A stretch of DNA of 64,000 nucleotides from Bacteroidales bacterium (GTDB lineage Bacteria; Bacteroidota; Bacteroidia; Bacteroidales; F082): contig JAKSNC010000005.1 in the NCBI GenBank assembly GCA_024400195.1, positions 338 to 64,337 of the forward strand, given 5' to 3'. The number at the start of each line of letters is the position of its first letter. Positions within the stretch are counted from its first letter, which is position 1. Below the pieces are notes generated by a model. That model was not told where the DNA came from, did no database searches, and worked only from the letters and a program-made list of their open reading frames with translations. A program made the position numbers and the translations under genes. This document shows, in pieces, positions 56,291 to 64,000 of this stretch.

Positions 56291-56352
56291 AGATTCGAAC
56301 TTGCGGCCTCTTCGTCCCGAACGAAGCGCGCTACCGGGCTGCGCCATGCTGC
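56291..56352 (-). pseudogene. truncated tRNA-Pro(CGG)-like fragment (5' two-thirds only)
   Basis: The minus strand reads CGCAGCA-TG-GCGC-AGCCCGGTA-GCGC-G-CTTCG-TTCGGGA-CGAAG-AGGCC-GCAAG-TTCGAAT. After this the T-stem and acceptor 3' strands do not pair (CTATCACGTCAA). Confidence 0.6.
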
Positions 56353-56394
56353 GGAGTTTCTTGAATCATCCATTCATTAGTCAGTTTCTGCTAA

Positions 56395-56410
56395 ATTGAT
56401 TATAATCAAT
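56395..56410. other. perfect 16-bp palindrome ATTGATTATAATCAAT
   Basis: Read directly. Lies between the tRNA fragment and the EF-hand gene. Confidence 0.8.
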
Positions 56411-56657
56411 GTGATATTTTTATCGAACTCACGTTGAATAACGATTTGCCTCTCCCCCGAATTTTTAATAAAATTTTTGCGAAACAATTGCAAATAAGAG
56501 AATAATATGTAATTTTGCAGCGTCGCTCTATTTTGGATTTTGTTCAACGGACTTCGCGAAATTCAGAAGGGCGGCGTGGAAAGAGTGAAAAAAGAAATTC
56601 CCTTTTAGAATATTAAACTATAAACAAGGATGTGAGATAAATAAAGAGGCTACTTCT

Positions 56658-57395
56658 ATGAAAATTTCGGCAATAAGTAATATATCATTTAACGGGGATA
56701 AAAAAATATCTCAAAAAGCAAAGGCAGCAACAGTTGCAACTTTGCTAATGATTACTCCTGCAGGATACGCTACAGAAAATGATACCTTTGAAAAAAATGA
56801 AAACTCTGTAAAAACAGAACTTGTAATAAACCCTCAATCAGTTTCACAAACTAAAATAACTCAATCAGAAGGAAATAAATTTTGTAAATGGTTTTGGGAT
56901 ATGATTGATTGTATAAATGATAACGATAAATTTGATACAAATATTATGAATGAAAAAGGATATAACTATTACTATCCTGAAGTTACAGATTATGATAAAC
57001 TTGCTGAAAGTATAGTTAAATCAATGGATAAAAATGGAGATAATGAAATTGACAAAAAAGAATTTATTGATAAAAGTATTGAAATTTTAGAACAACAAGG
57101 TCAAGATTACTCTTACGAAGAAGAACAAAATATGAAAAATATTGTTTTAGCACCTCTATTTTGCAGTCTTGACTACATTGGTTCCGCTAAAGATAGAATT
57201 AATGGCACTAATACACTTAATAAAGAAGAAATTGCCGGTAATTTATACGCGCTATCTAAAAGGAATTTAAAAAACGGACGTTTTAGCGGAAGTGCGGTCG
57301 CTGAAGAATTTTTAAACATAATGTATAACTATGAACCAACCGGTCAATTCGAGTCAGAGAGAGCATCTTACCTGAATTCTACAAATAATTTTTAA
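56658..57395 (+). CDS. EF-hand-containing hypothetical protein, low G+C
   Basis: Canonical 12-residue loop DKNGDNEIDKKE with flanking helices. AAGAGG lies 8 nt upstream of the ATG. Hydrophobic segment AATVATLLMITPAGYA near the N-terminus. Sampled lines are 23-35 percent G+C. Confidence 0.6.
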   Translation: MKISAISNISFNGDKKISQKAKAATVATLLMITPAGYATENDTFEKNENSVKTELVINPQSVSQTKITQSEGNKFCKWFWDMIDCINDNDKFDTNIMNEKGYNYYYPEVTDYDKLAESIVKSMDKNGDNEIDKKEFIDKSIEILEQQGQDYSYEEEQNMKNIVLAPLFCSLDYIGSAKDRINGTNTLNKEEIAGNLYALSKRNLKNGRFSGSAVAEEFLNIMYNYEPTGQFESERASYLNSTNNF

Positions 57396-57528
57396 GTTTT
57401 GTAACTGTTTTATATTCTTGTGAAATTTACACTTGCTAAATTCAAGAGACAAAGGCAATAAACATTGAATCCACATGGATATGTGACCGCAGAGAACCAC
57501 ATGGCGGCTTCACAATAACCCGTCAAGA

Positions 57529-59016
57529 TTACCTGCAATTTCTGTGAGCGAAATCAATGATGAATTGAAGATTGTCATTCAAAAACTTCCTTCCATGATC
57601 ATCGCCTTTGGCCGAAACGATACGGGCATCTGGAAGCAAGTCGTTGTCTTTCAAGTAACAAGCTAACGTGTATGGATGAATTTTATCGCTGATATAAAAG
57701 CCGGCGGCATTTTCATTGGCAAATGTCCTGTTGTACGTCGGGTTGCTTTCAGCTTTAATGCAATCCATCATTTCTTTGAAAAGATACTGACCGTCTTTTT
57801 CAACAAACATGGCAAAAGCTCCGTCAAACGGAAGTTTTATAATCTCATCATTGAATTTCAGTCCCATCTTGTTCCTTAAAAAATCCTTGTAATCGGCAGC
57901 GGAAGCGAAAAATATAAGTTGTTTGTTATCATTGACTTCCATGAATTTTTCATAATAACGAAAGTCGCTGTCCTCTTTCAACTTTTTATTTATAGCCCTG
58001 TCTTCAACATCTTTATCAGAGAGTTTTGTGTTTATCATAGAGCCATTGAGAAGCCACTCGCCGTCACATTGGACAAAGGCAAAAGTAAAACACTGCCCTT
58101 TGGCAAACGGAACCGTATCATTTAACGAGCGTTTTGTTAGGTTTCGTTTCTCGCCACTTTCTACATTCTTGAAATATACGAAACATTCATCCTCGTCCAA
58201 AACCTGATATGTCCCATATTCAGTACGCATATTGTCCCAAATATCATTTGCGCCGTTCAATTTACGCACAGCGCAAAGCCAGTCGTACGAAGTGTAGCCG
58301 AAGAAATGTGTGCGGTTGTTGAAAAAAGTATGAACTTCGTAGCTGTACATGAACAGATTCCTTTCTTTGTTCGACAAATTGTATCCTTTGTCGAGCATTT
58401 CGTTCATCCCTTGGTTGACAATATGAAAGTTGTCAAGATTCAAATAACAGTTGTAATGAAACCACGTCAAAAAATCTCTGTATTTGTAGAAATCATTAAA
58501 TTTGCCGACCAAGCATTGTCTGTAGATTTCATTTTCAGGCACATACTGATATTCATCACTGAGAATTTCATAAACATCATCAGCAATTTTTGAAATCTCT
58601 GAATTTTCAGGATTGATAAACATTGTAGTGTTTTCATTCTTGATTATCAGCCAGATGAGAAACTTGATGTCTTCAATATTCACGTCGCCTTTGACGTAAT
58701 CGTCAGCCTCCTTGAAAAAAGGCACATTGAAACCATAATGTTTCATGCATTCGTCATTGAAAGTCTTCCAAATCCCAATATGGGACACAACATCCTCAAG
58801 GTACGATGTCAAGACGACAGCCATTGTTTTTACGGCACTATGTGAGACAATGCTGTATAAATCAATGTGTTTCTGTAGCCTTGCAAACACTTTGTTTGCG
58901 ACCTCGAGGTATTCGAAATCTATTTCCGCTGAGGGTTTTTTGTAAGGATGATAAACAAGCCAATCGTAAAAATGTACAAGTTCTTTTTTCATATAATTTT
59001 TCAATATATTGGTCAA
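57529..59016 (-). CDS. hypothetical protein (possibly DUF3843-like)
   Basis: Long uninterrupted ORF with Y/F/N/K-rich composition. N-terminus ...FYDWLVYHPYKKP resembles my memory of DUF3843 proteins. The start may be the second Met (58992). Confidence 0.5.
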   Translation of the reverse strand: MTNILKNYMKKELVHFYDWLVYHPYKKPSAEIDFEYLEVANKVFARLQKHIDLYSIVSHSAVKTMAVVLTSYLEDVVSHIGIWKTFNDECMKHYGFNVPFFKEADDYVKGDVNIEDIKFLIWLIIKNENTTMFINPENSEISKIADDVYEILSDEYQYVPENEIYRQCLVGKFNDFYKYRDFLTWFHYNCYLNLDNFHIVNQGMNEMLDKGYNLSNKERNLFMYSYEVHTFFNNRTHFFGYTSYDWLCAVRKLNGANDIWDNMRTEYGTYQVLDEDECFVYFKNVESGEKRNLTKRSLNDTVPFAKGQCFTFAFVQCDGEWLLNGSMINTKLSDKDVEDRAINKKLKEDSDFRYYEKFMEVNDNKQLIFFASAADYKDFLRNKMGLKFNDEIIKLPFDGAFAMFVEKDGQYLFKEMMDCIKAESNPTYNRTFANENAAGFYISDKIHPYTLACYLKDNDLLPDARIVSAKGDDHGRKFLNDNLQFIIDFAHRNCR

Positions 59017-59072
59017 CTAACATCAGATGATCTTGTAAGAGACAAATTAACGCGGGTACTATGCGGAGCAGA

Positions 59073-60047
59073 TTACTTCTCCCTGAAATATAGTGCCTCC
59101 GCATAGTCGCGTAAGGCTGTCTGGCGTTCCATCGGGACCGACAATTTGTCTAAGTATGTTAGCGATTTGTCGTAATATGTCCTCATTACGTCTGTCACGA
59201 GTTTCTTTACCTCGTATTTGCCGTAAATGTCAAGAACTTTGCGCATCTTGTCGTCATCACGTCCCGGCTTCATTGAGAAGAGGCTGAGGAGTTTCTTTTT
59301 GTCGTCGTCGTCGGAGAGTTCGAGTGCTTTCAGGTAGAGATATGTCTTTTTATTGTCCGCGATGTCGCCTCCCGGCATTTTTCCGAAGGTCTTCGCATCG
59401 CCGTAGCAGTCGAAGATGTCGTCCTGCAGTTGGAAGGCGATTCCGAGGTTGATACCGAAGTCGTAGATGTTTTTGATGTCTTCTTCAGATGCACCGGCCA
59501 CAAGTCCGCCGATTTTCAACACGGAGCCGAGAAGGACAGCCGTTTTAAGCCTTATCATTTCTATATATTCGGCGATGGAGACATTGTCTTGCGTCTCGAA
59601 GTTGAGGTCGTACTGTTGTCCTTCACACACTTCGCGGGCCACTTTGCAAAGCTCGGTAACAACGTCGTATGTGTGTCTTGCGCGATGACTTAATGCGAGT
59701 TCGAGAGCCTTGGTCTGCATCACGTCTCCTGCAAGAATGGCGATGTTGGAGTTCCATTTTTTATAGACAGTTTCCTTTCCTCTGCGGATGGGTGCCTGAT
59801 CCATGATGTCGTCATGCACGAGTGTGAAATTGTGGAACACTTCTGCGGCCAAAGCCGACGGTAGGCAGTTATCAATGTCGCCGCCGAAAAGCTCGCACGC
59901 CATGAGGCACAATGTCGGGCGCAGACGTTTTCCGCCCTGGCTCATTATATACACTATTGGGTCGTAAAGTTCTTTCGGAGTGCCGGAAAACGATGTCGAA
60001 CCAATGTATTCGCTTATCTTTTTTTGAATTTCTTCAGCTGTTTTCAT
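59073..60047 (-). CDS. polyprenyl diphosphate synthase family protein
   Basis: First and second Asp-rich motifs LVHDDIMD and FQLQDDIFD. Confidence 0.85.
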   Translation of the reverse strand: MKTAEEIQKKISEYIGSTSFSGTPKELYDPIVYIMSQGGKRLRPTLCLMACELFGGDIDNCLPSALAAEVFHNFTLVHDDIMDQAPIRRGKETVYKKWNSNIAILAGDVMQTKALELALSHRARHTYDVVTELCKVAREVCEGQQYDLNFETQDNVSIAEYIEMIRLKTAVLLGSVLKIGGLVAGASEEDIKNIYDFGINLGIAFQLQDDIFDCYGDAKTFGKMPGGDIADNKKTYLYLKALELSDDDDKKKLLSLFSMKPGRDDDKMRKVLDIYGKYEVKKLVTDVMRTYYDKSLTYLDKLSVPMERQTALRDYAEALYFREK

Positions 60048-60064
60048 ATTCTGTAAATTATGTG

Positions 60065-60466
60065 TTAGTCGGCCCTGCTCATGAGCAGTTTTCCGTGTCT
60101 TATTCCTTTTATTGATATGAGTTTGTCGGATAATTCGGTGAGACAGTGTGCTTTCCCTATCAGTGATGTTACATGCAGACAGCAGCCTTCCTTGGGAAAG
60201 TAGCGCATCGAAGAGAGGATGTTCTCCTTGTTGGCAGTCTCGATTTCACTTATCTTCGCGTCGATGTCCTTCACCTCAGGGTCGTAAATTATTATCACAA
60301 CGCCGGTGACGATGTGGTCGCACATCCATTTCTTCTCGACAACGCTTTTCTCGACAAGAAAACGTATAGCCTGCGAACGGTTTGCGAAATTGTTGTCCTT
60401 CACGAAGTCGTCAAGGTCTTCGAGAATGTTGTCTTCCAAAGAGACACCGAAACGTTTTAAAGTCAT
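60065..60466 (-). CDS. NikR-like ribbon-helix-helix / ACT-domain regulator
   Basis: RHH N-terminus KRFGVSLEDNILEDLDDFV...NRSQAIRFLV. The C-domain ending GIRHGKL aligns with NikR from memory. Canonical His ligands appear absent. Confidence 0.6.
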   Translation of the reverse strand: MTLKRFGVSLEDNILEDLDDFVKDNNFANRSQAIRFLVEKSVVEKKWMCDHIVTGVVIIIYDPEVKDIDAKISEIETANKENILSSMRYFPKEGCCLHVTSLIGKAHCLTELSDKLISIKGIRHGKLLMSRAD

Positions 60467-60482
60467 GATCGTTTTTTTTGCG

Positions 60483-60490
60483 CAAAGATA
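60483..60490 (-). promoter_or_regulatory. -7 box for the nikR-like operon
   Basis: TATCTTTG on the minus strand, 16 nt upstream of the ATG at 60466. Confidence 0.5.
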
Positions 60491-60586
60491 AGGAAAAAAG
60501 AGGTTAGAAGATAGAAGATAGAATGGGAGCCGTTTGTCACAACAAAAAATCCAACTGTTTCTTGTTTTCGGTAATGAAAAATATCC

Positions 60587-60594
60587 TATCTTTG
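60587..60594 (+). promoter_or_regulatory. -7 box for the TonB-dependent receptor
   Basis: TATCTTTG 28 nt upstream of the ATG at 60623. Confidence 0.5.
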
Positions 60595-60622
60595 TGGCAC
60601 GAATTTGTAAAAACGTGTTATC

Positions 60623-62458
60623 ATGAGAAGATACCTGTTTCTTATACCTATTTTAATGATGTCTATAGCGGCTTTTCCGCAGGTTGACGGCGATACGTTG
60701 TGTGATGTTGTGGTGACGGGAACGCGCGTTGCTACTGTGCGTGAAAATGTCAGCGTGCCGGTTTCCATCGTCAAAAGGGATGAAATAGAGGCAGAAGGGG
60801 AGACCGAGATAATTCCGGTTCTTTCAAGCAAGGTACCGGGCTTTTTCGTGACAACGCGCGGCGTCTCCGGTTTCGGCGTGTCGTCAGGAGCTGCCGGCGA
60901 CATCAATATGCGCGGATTCTCAGGCTCGTCGGGGCGTATTTTGATGCTCATCGACGGTCATCCCGTTTATTCGTCAATCTATGGTCATCCCATCGGAGAC
61001 TCATATATGGCGAGCGATGCGGAGCGTGTCGAGGTGCTTCGCGGCCCGGCTTCCGTCCTTTACGGCTCAAATGCTATGGGCGGTGCCGTCAACATCATAA
61101 CAAGAAAAGTTACTTCGGATGGTAACAGGTTGAGCGCCAGACTGATGGGCGGTTCTTTCGGCTCGCAGAAATACACAGTGACCGATAGTTTCAAAAAGAA
61201 TAAATTTTCTGCTTTCGCGGGTGCGAACTACGACAGAACGGACGGACATCGTGCCAATTCTGCATTTTCATCGTTATCAGGCTTCGTGAAAATGTCGTGC
61301 GATTTTTCAGAAAGATGGAGATTGCTATGCGATTTCAGCATAGTGAGGTTCAATGCGGAAAACCCTGGCACTGTGTCACAACCGATATTCGACGGTGAGG
61401 CCGACGTCTTGAGAACCAGCACTTCCGTTTCTTTAGACAATACATACGAAAAGACGAGCGGTTCGCTGAATTTTTATTATCAGACAGGCAGAAATGATGT
61501 GAATGACGGTCATGCTGCCGATGCCGCGCCTCGTCCGTTCCTTTTTCATTCCAACGATTACATGGCGGGAATCAACGCTTATCAGTCGTTCGGATTTTTC
61601 AAGGGAAACACTGTAACTGCAGGCTTTGACGCGAAACTTTATGGCGGAGATGCCTACCGCAATCCCGTTACCGAATATTACGCCGACCACAAGAAACTTT
61701 ACGAAGTGGCCGGATATGTCTTTGCGCGTCAGTCGTTGGGAAGGCTGAGCCTCAACGCGGGAATCAGACTCAGCAATCACAAACTATATGGTAATGAATG
61801 GATTCCGCAGGCGGGATTGGGCTTTAAGGCTTCTTCGACAACAAACCTCAAATTCACGTATTCCAAAGGATTCCGTTCGCCGAGCATGAAGGAACTTTAT
61901 ATGTACGCCGTTGCCAACGAAGACCTTCTTCCGGAACGAGCCAACAGCCTCGACTTGACCGCCGAACAGTCGTTTTTTGAAAAACGTATCGTGTTGGAGA
62001 TGAGCCTCTTTTATATTAAAGGTGATAACCTCGTCGAAGTGTGTATCGTTGATGGTGTGAAACAGAACAGAAATATAGGCGAGTTTGCCAATAAAGGTGT
62101 TGAGTTACAAGCGAATTATAATGTTTCTGATGATTTGAAACTCTCGGCAAATTACAATTATCTGCATCTCGACAAAGTGATAACGGGCGCGCCGCGTCAG
62201 AAAATCGGTGCTGATGTTTCATATCGTTGGAGGCGTCTGACTTTCGGTGCGGAAATACAACATATTGATTGTCTGTATCTTTCCGAAGATAAAACAGAAA
62301 GTTATCTTCTCGCAGATGCGCGAATGTCGTTCAGTATCAATAAAAATATCGAGATTTTCTGCAAAGGTGAAAACCTTTTGGACAAGACTTACGAGACTAT
62401 GCTCGGTTTCCCGATGCCGGGGATAACGGTTTGGGGCGGCATCAGACTGAATTATTAG
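60623..62458 (+). CDS. TonB-dependent receptor (small, BtuB/CirA-size)
   Basis: Signal peptide. TonB-box-like DTLCDVVVTGTR. Plug motifs (RGFSGSSGRILMLIDG, GSNAMGGAVNIITR). C-terminus GGIRLNY. Confidence 0.85.
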   Translation: MRRYLFLIPILMMSIAAFPQVDGDTLCDVVVTGTRVATVRENVSVPVSIVKRDEIEAEGETEIIPVLSSKVPGFFVTTRGVSGFGVSSGAAGDINMRGFSGSSGRILMLIDGHPVYSSIYGHPIGDSYMASDAERVEVLRGPASVLYGSNAMGGAVNIITRKVTSDGNRLSARLMGGSFGSQKYTVTDSFKKNKFSAFAGANYDRTDGHRANSAFSSLSGFVKMSCDFSERWRLLCDFSIVRFNAENPGTVSQPIFDGEADVLRTSTSVSLDNTYEKTSGSLNFYYQTGRNDVNDGHAADAAPRPFLFHSNDYMAGINAYQSFGFFKGNTVTAGFDAKLYGGDAYRNPVTEYYADHKKLYEVAGYVFARQSLGRLSLNAGIRLSNHKLYGNEWIPQAGLGFKASSTTNLKFTYSKGFRSPSMKELYMYAVANEDLLPERANSLDLTAEQSFFEKRIVLEMSLFYIKGDNLVEVCIVDGVKQNRNIGEFANKGVELQANYNVSDDLKLSANYNYLHLDKVITGAPRQKIGADVSYRWRRLTFGAEIQHIDCLYLSEDKTESYLLADARMSFSINKNIEIFCKGENLLDKTYETMLGFPMPGITVWGGIRLNY

Positions 62459-62461
62459 CGG

Positions 62462-63208
62462 TTAGATTTCGATAGGAATCAGTTCGCCTCTCGATTTCGG
62501 TGTCTTCGTAAGGCTTATCGTAGGAACTTCGTCGCTATATTTTACGTATCTTACGTTGCCGATGTGGTCGATGATGACGTTGAGATGCCCGATGCTGTTT
62601 ACGAAAGCGTCATTTTGACCTTTCATGTTGATGTTCAGATTGTTATGCACGATAATATTCTCCGCGTGAAAAGGTCCGAGTCCTTCGACGATGACATCAG
62701 CCTTGTTGCATTCACCGCAAATGCTGATGTTACTCGTCATTGCCCTGTAATGAATGTTGAAATTTTCGCACTTCGTCTTTATATCGATGTCGCCAGAGCC
62801 GTCATAAACAAAGATGTTCATGTCGTGATGAATCGTGTCGTCACAGATGAGGTCTCCGACGGATTCATAATAGATGTCGTCGATGAAATCAGTATAATGG
62901 ACTGTCGCCGTGATGCGGTTGTCGTAGCTTCTCAGCCAGTTCATGCTGTTCTCGTTCTTTATTGTGAGCGTGCCGCCGCTGACTTCCGTGATGATGTTAT
63001 CCATCAGGTTGGCACACGCGCTTATTTCAACATACGAAGAGTCGCTTTTCACAAGGTGGACATAAACATTGTTATATTGCTCAATTCTTGTGAAGTCTTC
63101 AATGATTCTCGTCTCCGTCGTCATCGGTCCGTTCGACAGAGGAGCCTTGCTGCACGAAAATGTCGCGGCAAGCAGAAGTATTATGATTGGAAAAGACGAT
63201 TTTTTCAT
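62462..63208 (-). CDS. DUF2807 / head-GIN-domain lipoprotein
   Basis: Lipobox ATFSCS. Repetitive beta-helix-like pattern (FTRIEQYNNVYVHLVKSDSSYVEISA...GGTLTIKNE). Confidence 0.6.
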   Translation of the reverse strand: MKKSSFPIIILLLAATFSCSKAPLSNGPMTTETRIIEDFTRIEQYNNVYVHLVKSDSSYVEISACANLMDNIITEVSGGTLTIKNENSMNWLRSYDNRITATVHYTDFIDDIYYESVGDLICDDTIHHDMNIFVYDGSGDIDIKTKCENFNIHYRAMTSNISICGECNKADVIVEGLGPFHAENIIVHNNLNINMKGQNDAFVNSIGHLNVIIDHIGNVRYVKYSDEVPTISLTKTPKSRGELIPIEI

Positions 63209-63222
63209 TTTTAATAAAATAT

Positions 63223-64000
63223 TTAATTGATTCTGAATCCGATACCATATCCGATATAGTCGGCTACGAAGTTGTGGAATGTCAACGATAAGGCTCCGAA
63301 AGTGTGTTTCGTGATGTTTTGTTTCAGCGTTACTTTTTCGTACAGAACTCCGTCGGCACGCCTTTTACCCGTGACGTGTCCGCCGATATTTACAAGTACC
63401 GACGTGCTCCCGAACATAACTTCGTATGATGCGGCTATGCCTAACTTTATCAACTCTACATCGTTGAATGTCCTGCCTTCGTCTTCGAGAAAGCGTTTGT
63501 CGGTGTCGTCATACACGACGTTTATTCCCACGCCGACTTTGCTTAGAAAACTGACGCGCTTCATCACGTTTCCCGAAAGGTCGTAAACGGCCCAGTTGCG
63601 TCCGTAGCCTCGGTATTGGTCGATGTCTTTGGCACTTATCTGCATTGAAAGGTAATAAGACCACAAGTCTTTTTTCCAGCCGGAATACGGATGCCCGATT
63701 TTTTCAGGTCTCGGGATATTCTTTTCAGGCTCGTCTTGAAGAAGATATGTGGCACTTATTCCCGCTGTGATGAGGTTGAGACCGTTGTTTGGAACTCTCG
63801 TTGAGCCGTTTGAGAAATGAACCAGTCCGACGTGAAGGCCTATCGTATAGCGTTTCGCGATGACGCGTCCATATTCGAGGCTGATGTTGAATGCCGCCGT
63901 GATGTGCGAACCTATCGACGTGTTTTGGTAATTGTCGTATCTGTCGTATTTCTTCGTCAGATAGCCGAGACCGCCTCCAAAACGGAAATTCAGCTGGTTT
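63223..64000 (-). CDS. acyloxyacyl hydrolase (PagL-like lipid A deacylase) family protein, 5' end outside the window
   Basis: My hand translation shows the frame stays open from 63666 to the window edge (NQLNFRFGGGLGYL...GLHVGLVHFSNGS...), so the TTG start in the track is internal. The HFSNG motif matches the PagL-type catalytic His/Ser region. Confidence 0.6.
   Translation of the reverse strand, partial: NQLNFRFGGGLGYLTKKYDRYDNYQNTSIGSHITAAFNISLEYGRVIAKRYTIGLHVGLVHFSNGSTRVPNNGLNLITAGISATYLLQDEPEKNIPRPEKIGHPYSGWKKDLWSYYLSMQISAKDIDQYRGYGRNWAVYDLSGNVMKRVSFLSKVGVGINVVYDDTDKRFLEDEGRTFNDVELIKLGIAASYEVMFGSTSVLVNIGGHVTGKRRADGVLYEKVTLKQNITKHTFGALSLTFHNFVADYIGYGIGFRIN

Noticed and set aside
59017-59075. 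Direct repeat of the tRNA-Pro fragment end (ATGCTGCGGAG at 56346 versus ATGCGGAGCAG at 59062) as a right-hand att site of the islet.
   Set aside because: The match is only about 8 nt and interrupted, and it falls inside the polyprenyl synthase 3' end. It is indistinguishable from chance without comparative data.
60467-60622. Cobalamin, nickel/cobalt or other riboswitch in the leader of the TonB-dependent receptor.
   Set aside because: The TATCTTTG box is only 28 nt from the ATG, and the spacer lacks the conserved B12-box or other riboswitch cores I can recognise.

Overview
The window reads as a chromosomal segment of a Bacteroidota (Bacteroidales-like) genome. Evidence: T9SS genes (sprA, a porT-like gene, a cargo protein with a C-terminal sorting domain), TonB-dependent receptors, a Rho with a long low-complexity insert, perfect TAnnTTTG -7 promoter boxes in front of many genes, and almost no Shine-Dalgarno sites. 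I call about 55 protein genes, mostly housekeeping (rho, pdxA, pepA, waaA, manA, pyrC, tadA, dtd, apbC, ruvA, gcvH, queA, glyQS). There are 3 tRNAs (Lys-UUU, Gly-GCC, Leu-UAA), one SRP RNA hidden under a false N-terminal ORF extension, and one truncated tRNA-Pro. I saw no integrase, transposase, CRISPR array, reverse transcriptase or recognisable defence genes, so no clear-cut new multi-gene system can be claimed. Most worth a second look: (1) a modular intergenic repeat family, a near-identical 33-34 nt core flanked by 7-8 nt tandem arrays, that fills much of the non-coding DNA, brackets a G+C-richer FGE-family lipoprotein gene, forms the manA leader and encodes the pdxA tail. (2) That FGE / C-type-lectin-fold gene followed by a perfect bipartite hairpin, an architecture reminiscent of a remote DGR target, but with no RT or template repeat in the window. 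(3) A low-G+C islet (about 56.2-59.1 kb) next to the tRNA-Pro fragment, carrying an EF-hand gene with a Shine-Dalgarno site. (4) A non-Sus TonB-receptor operon with two paralogous lipoproteins whose repeated module recurs in a T9SS cargo protein. (5) SRP RNA apparently co-transcribed with a membrane-protein/GT2 operon. All family names come from motif recognition and memory, not from database searches.
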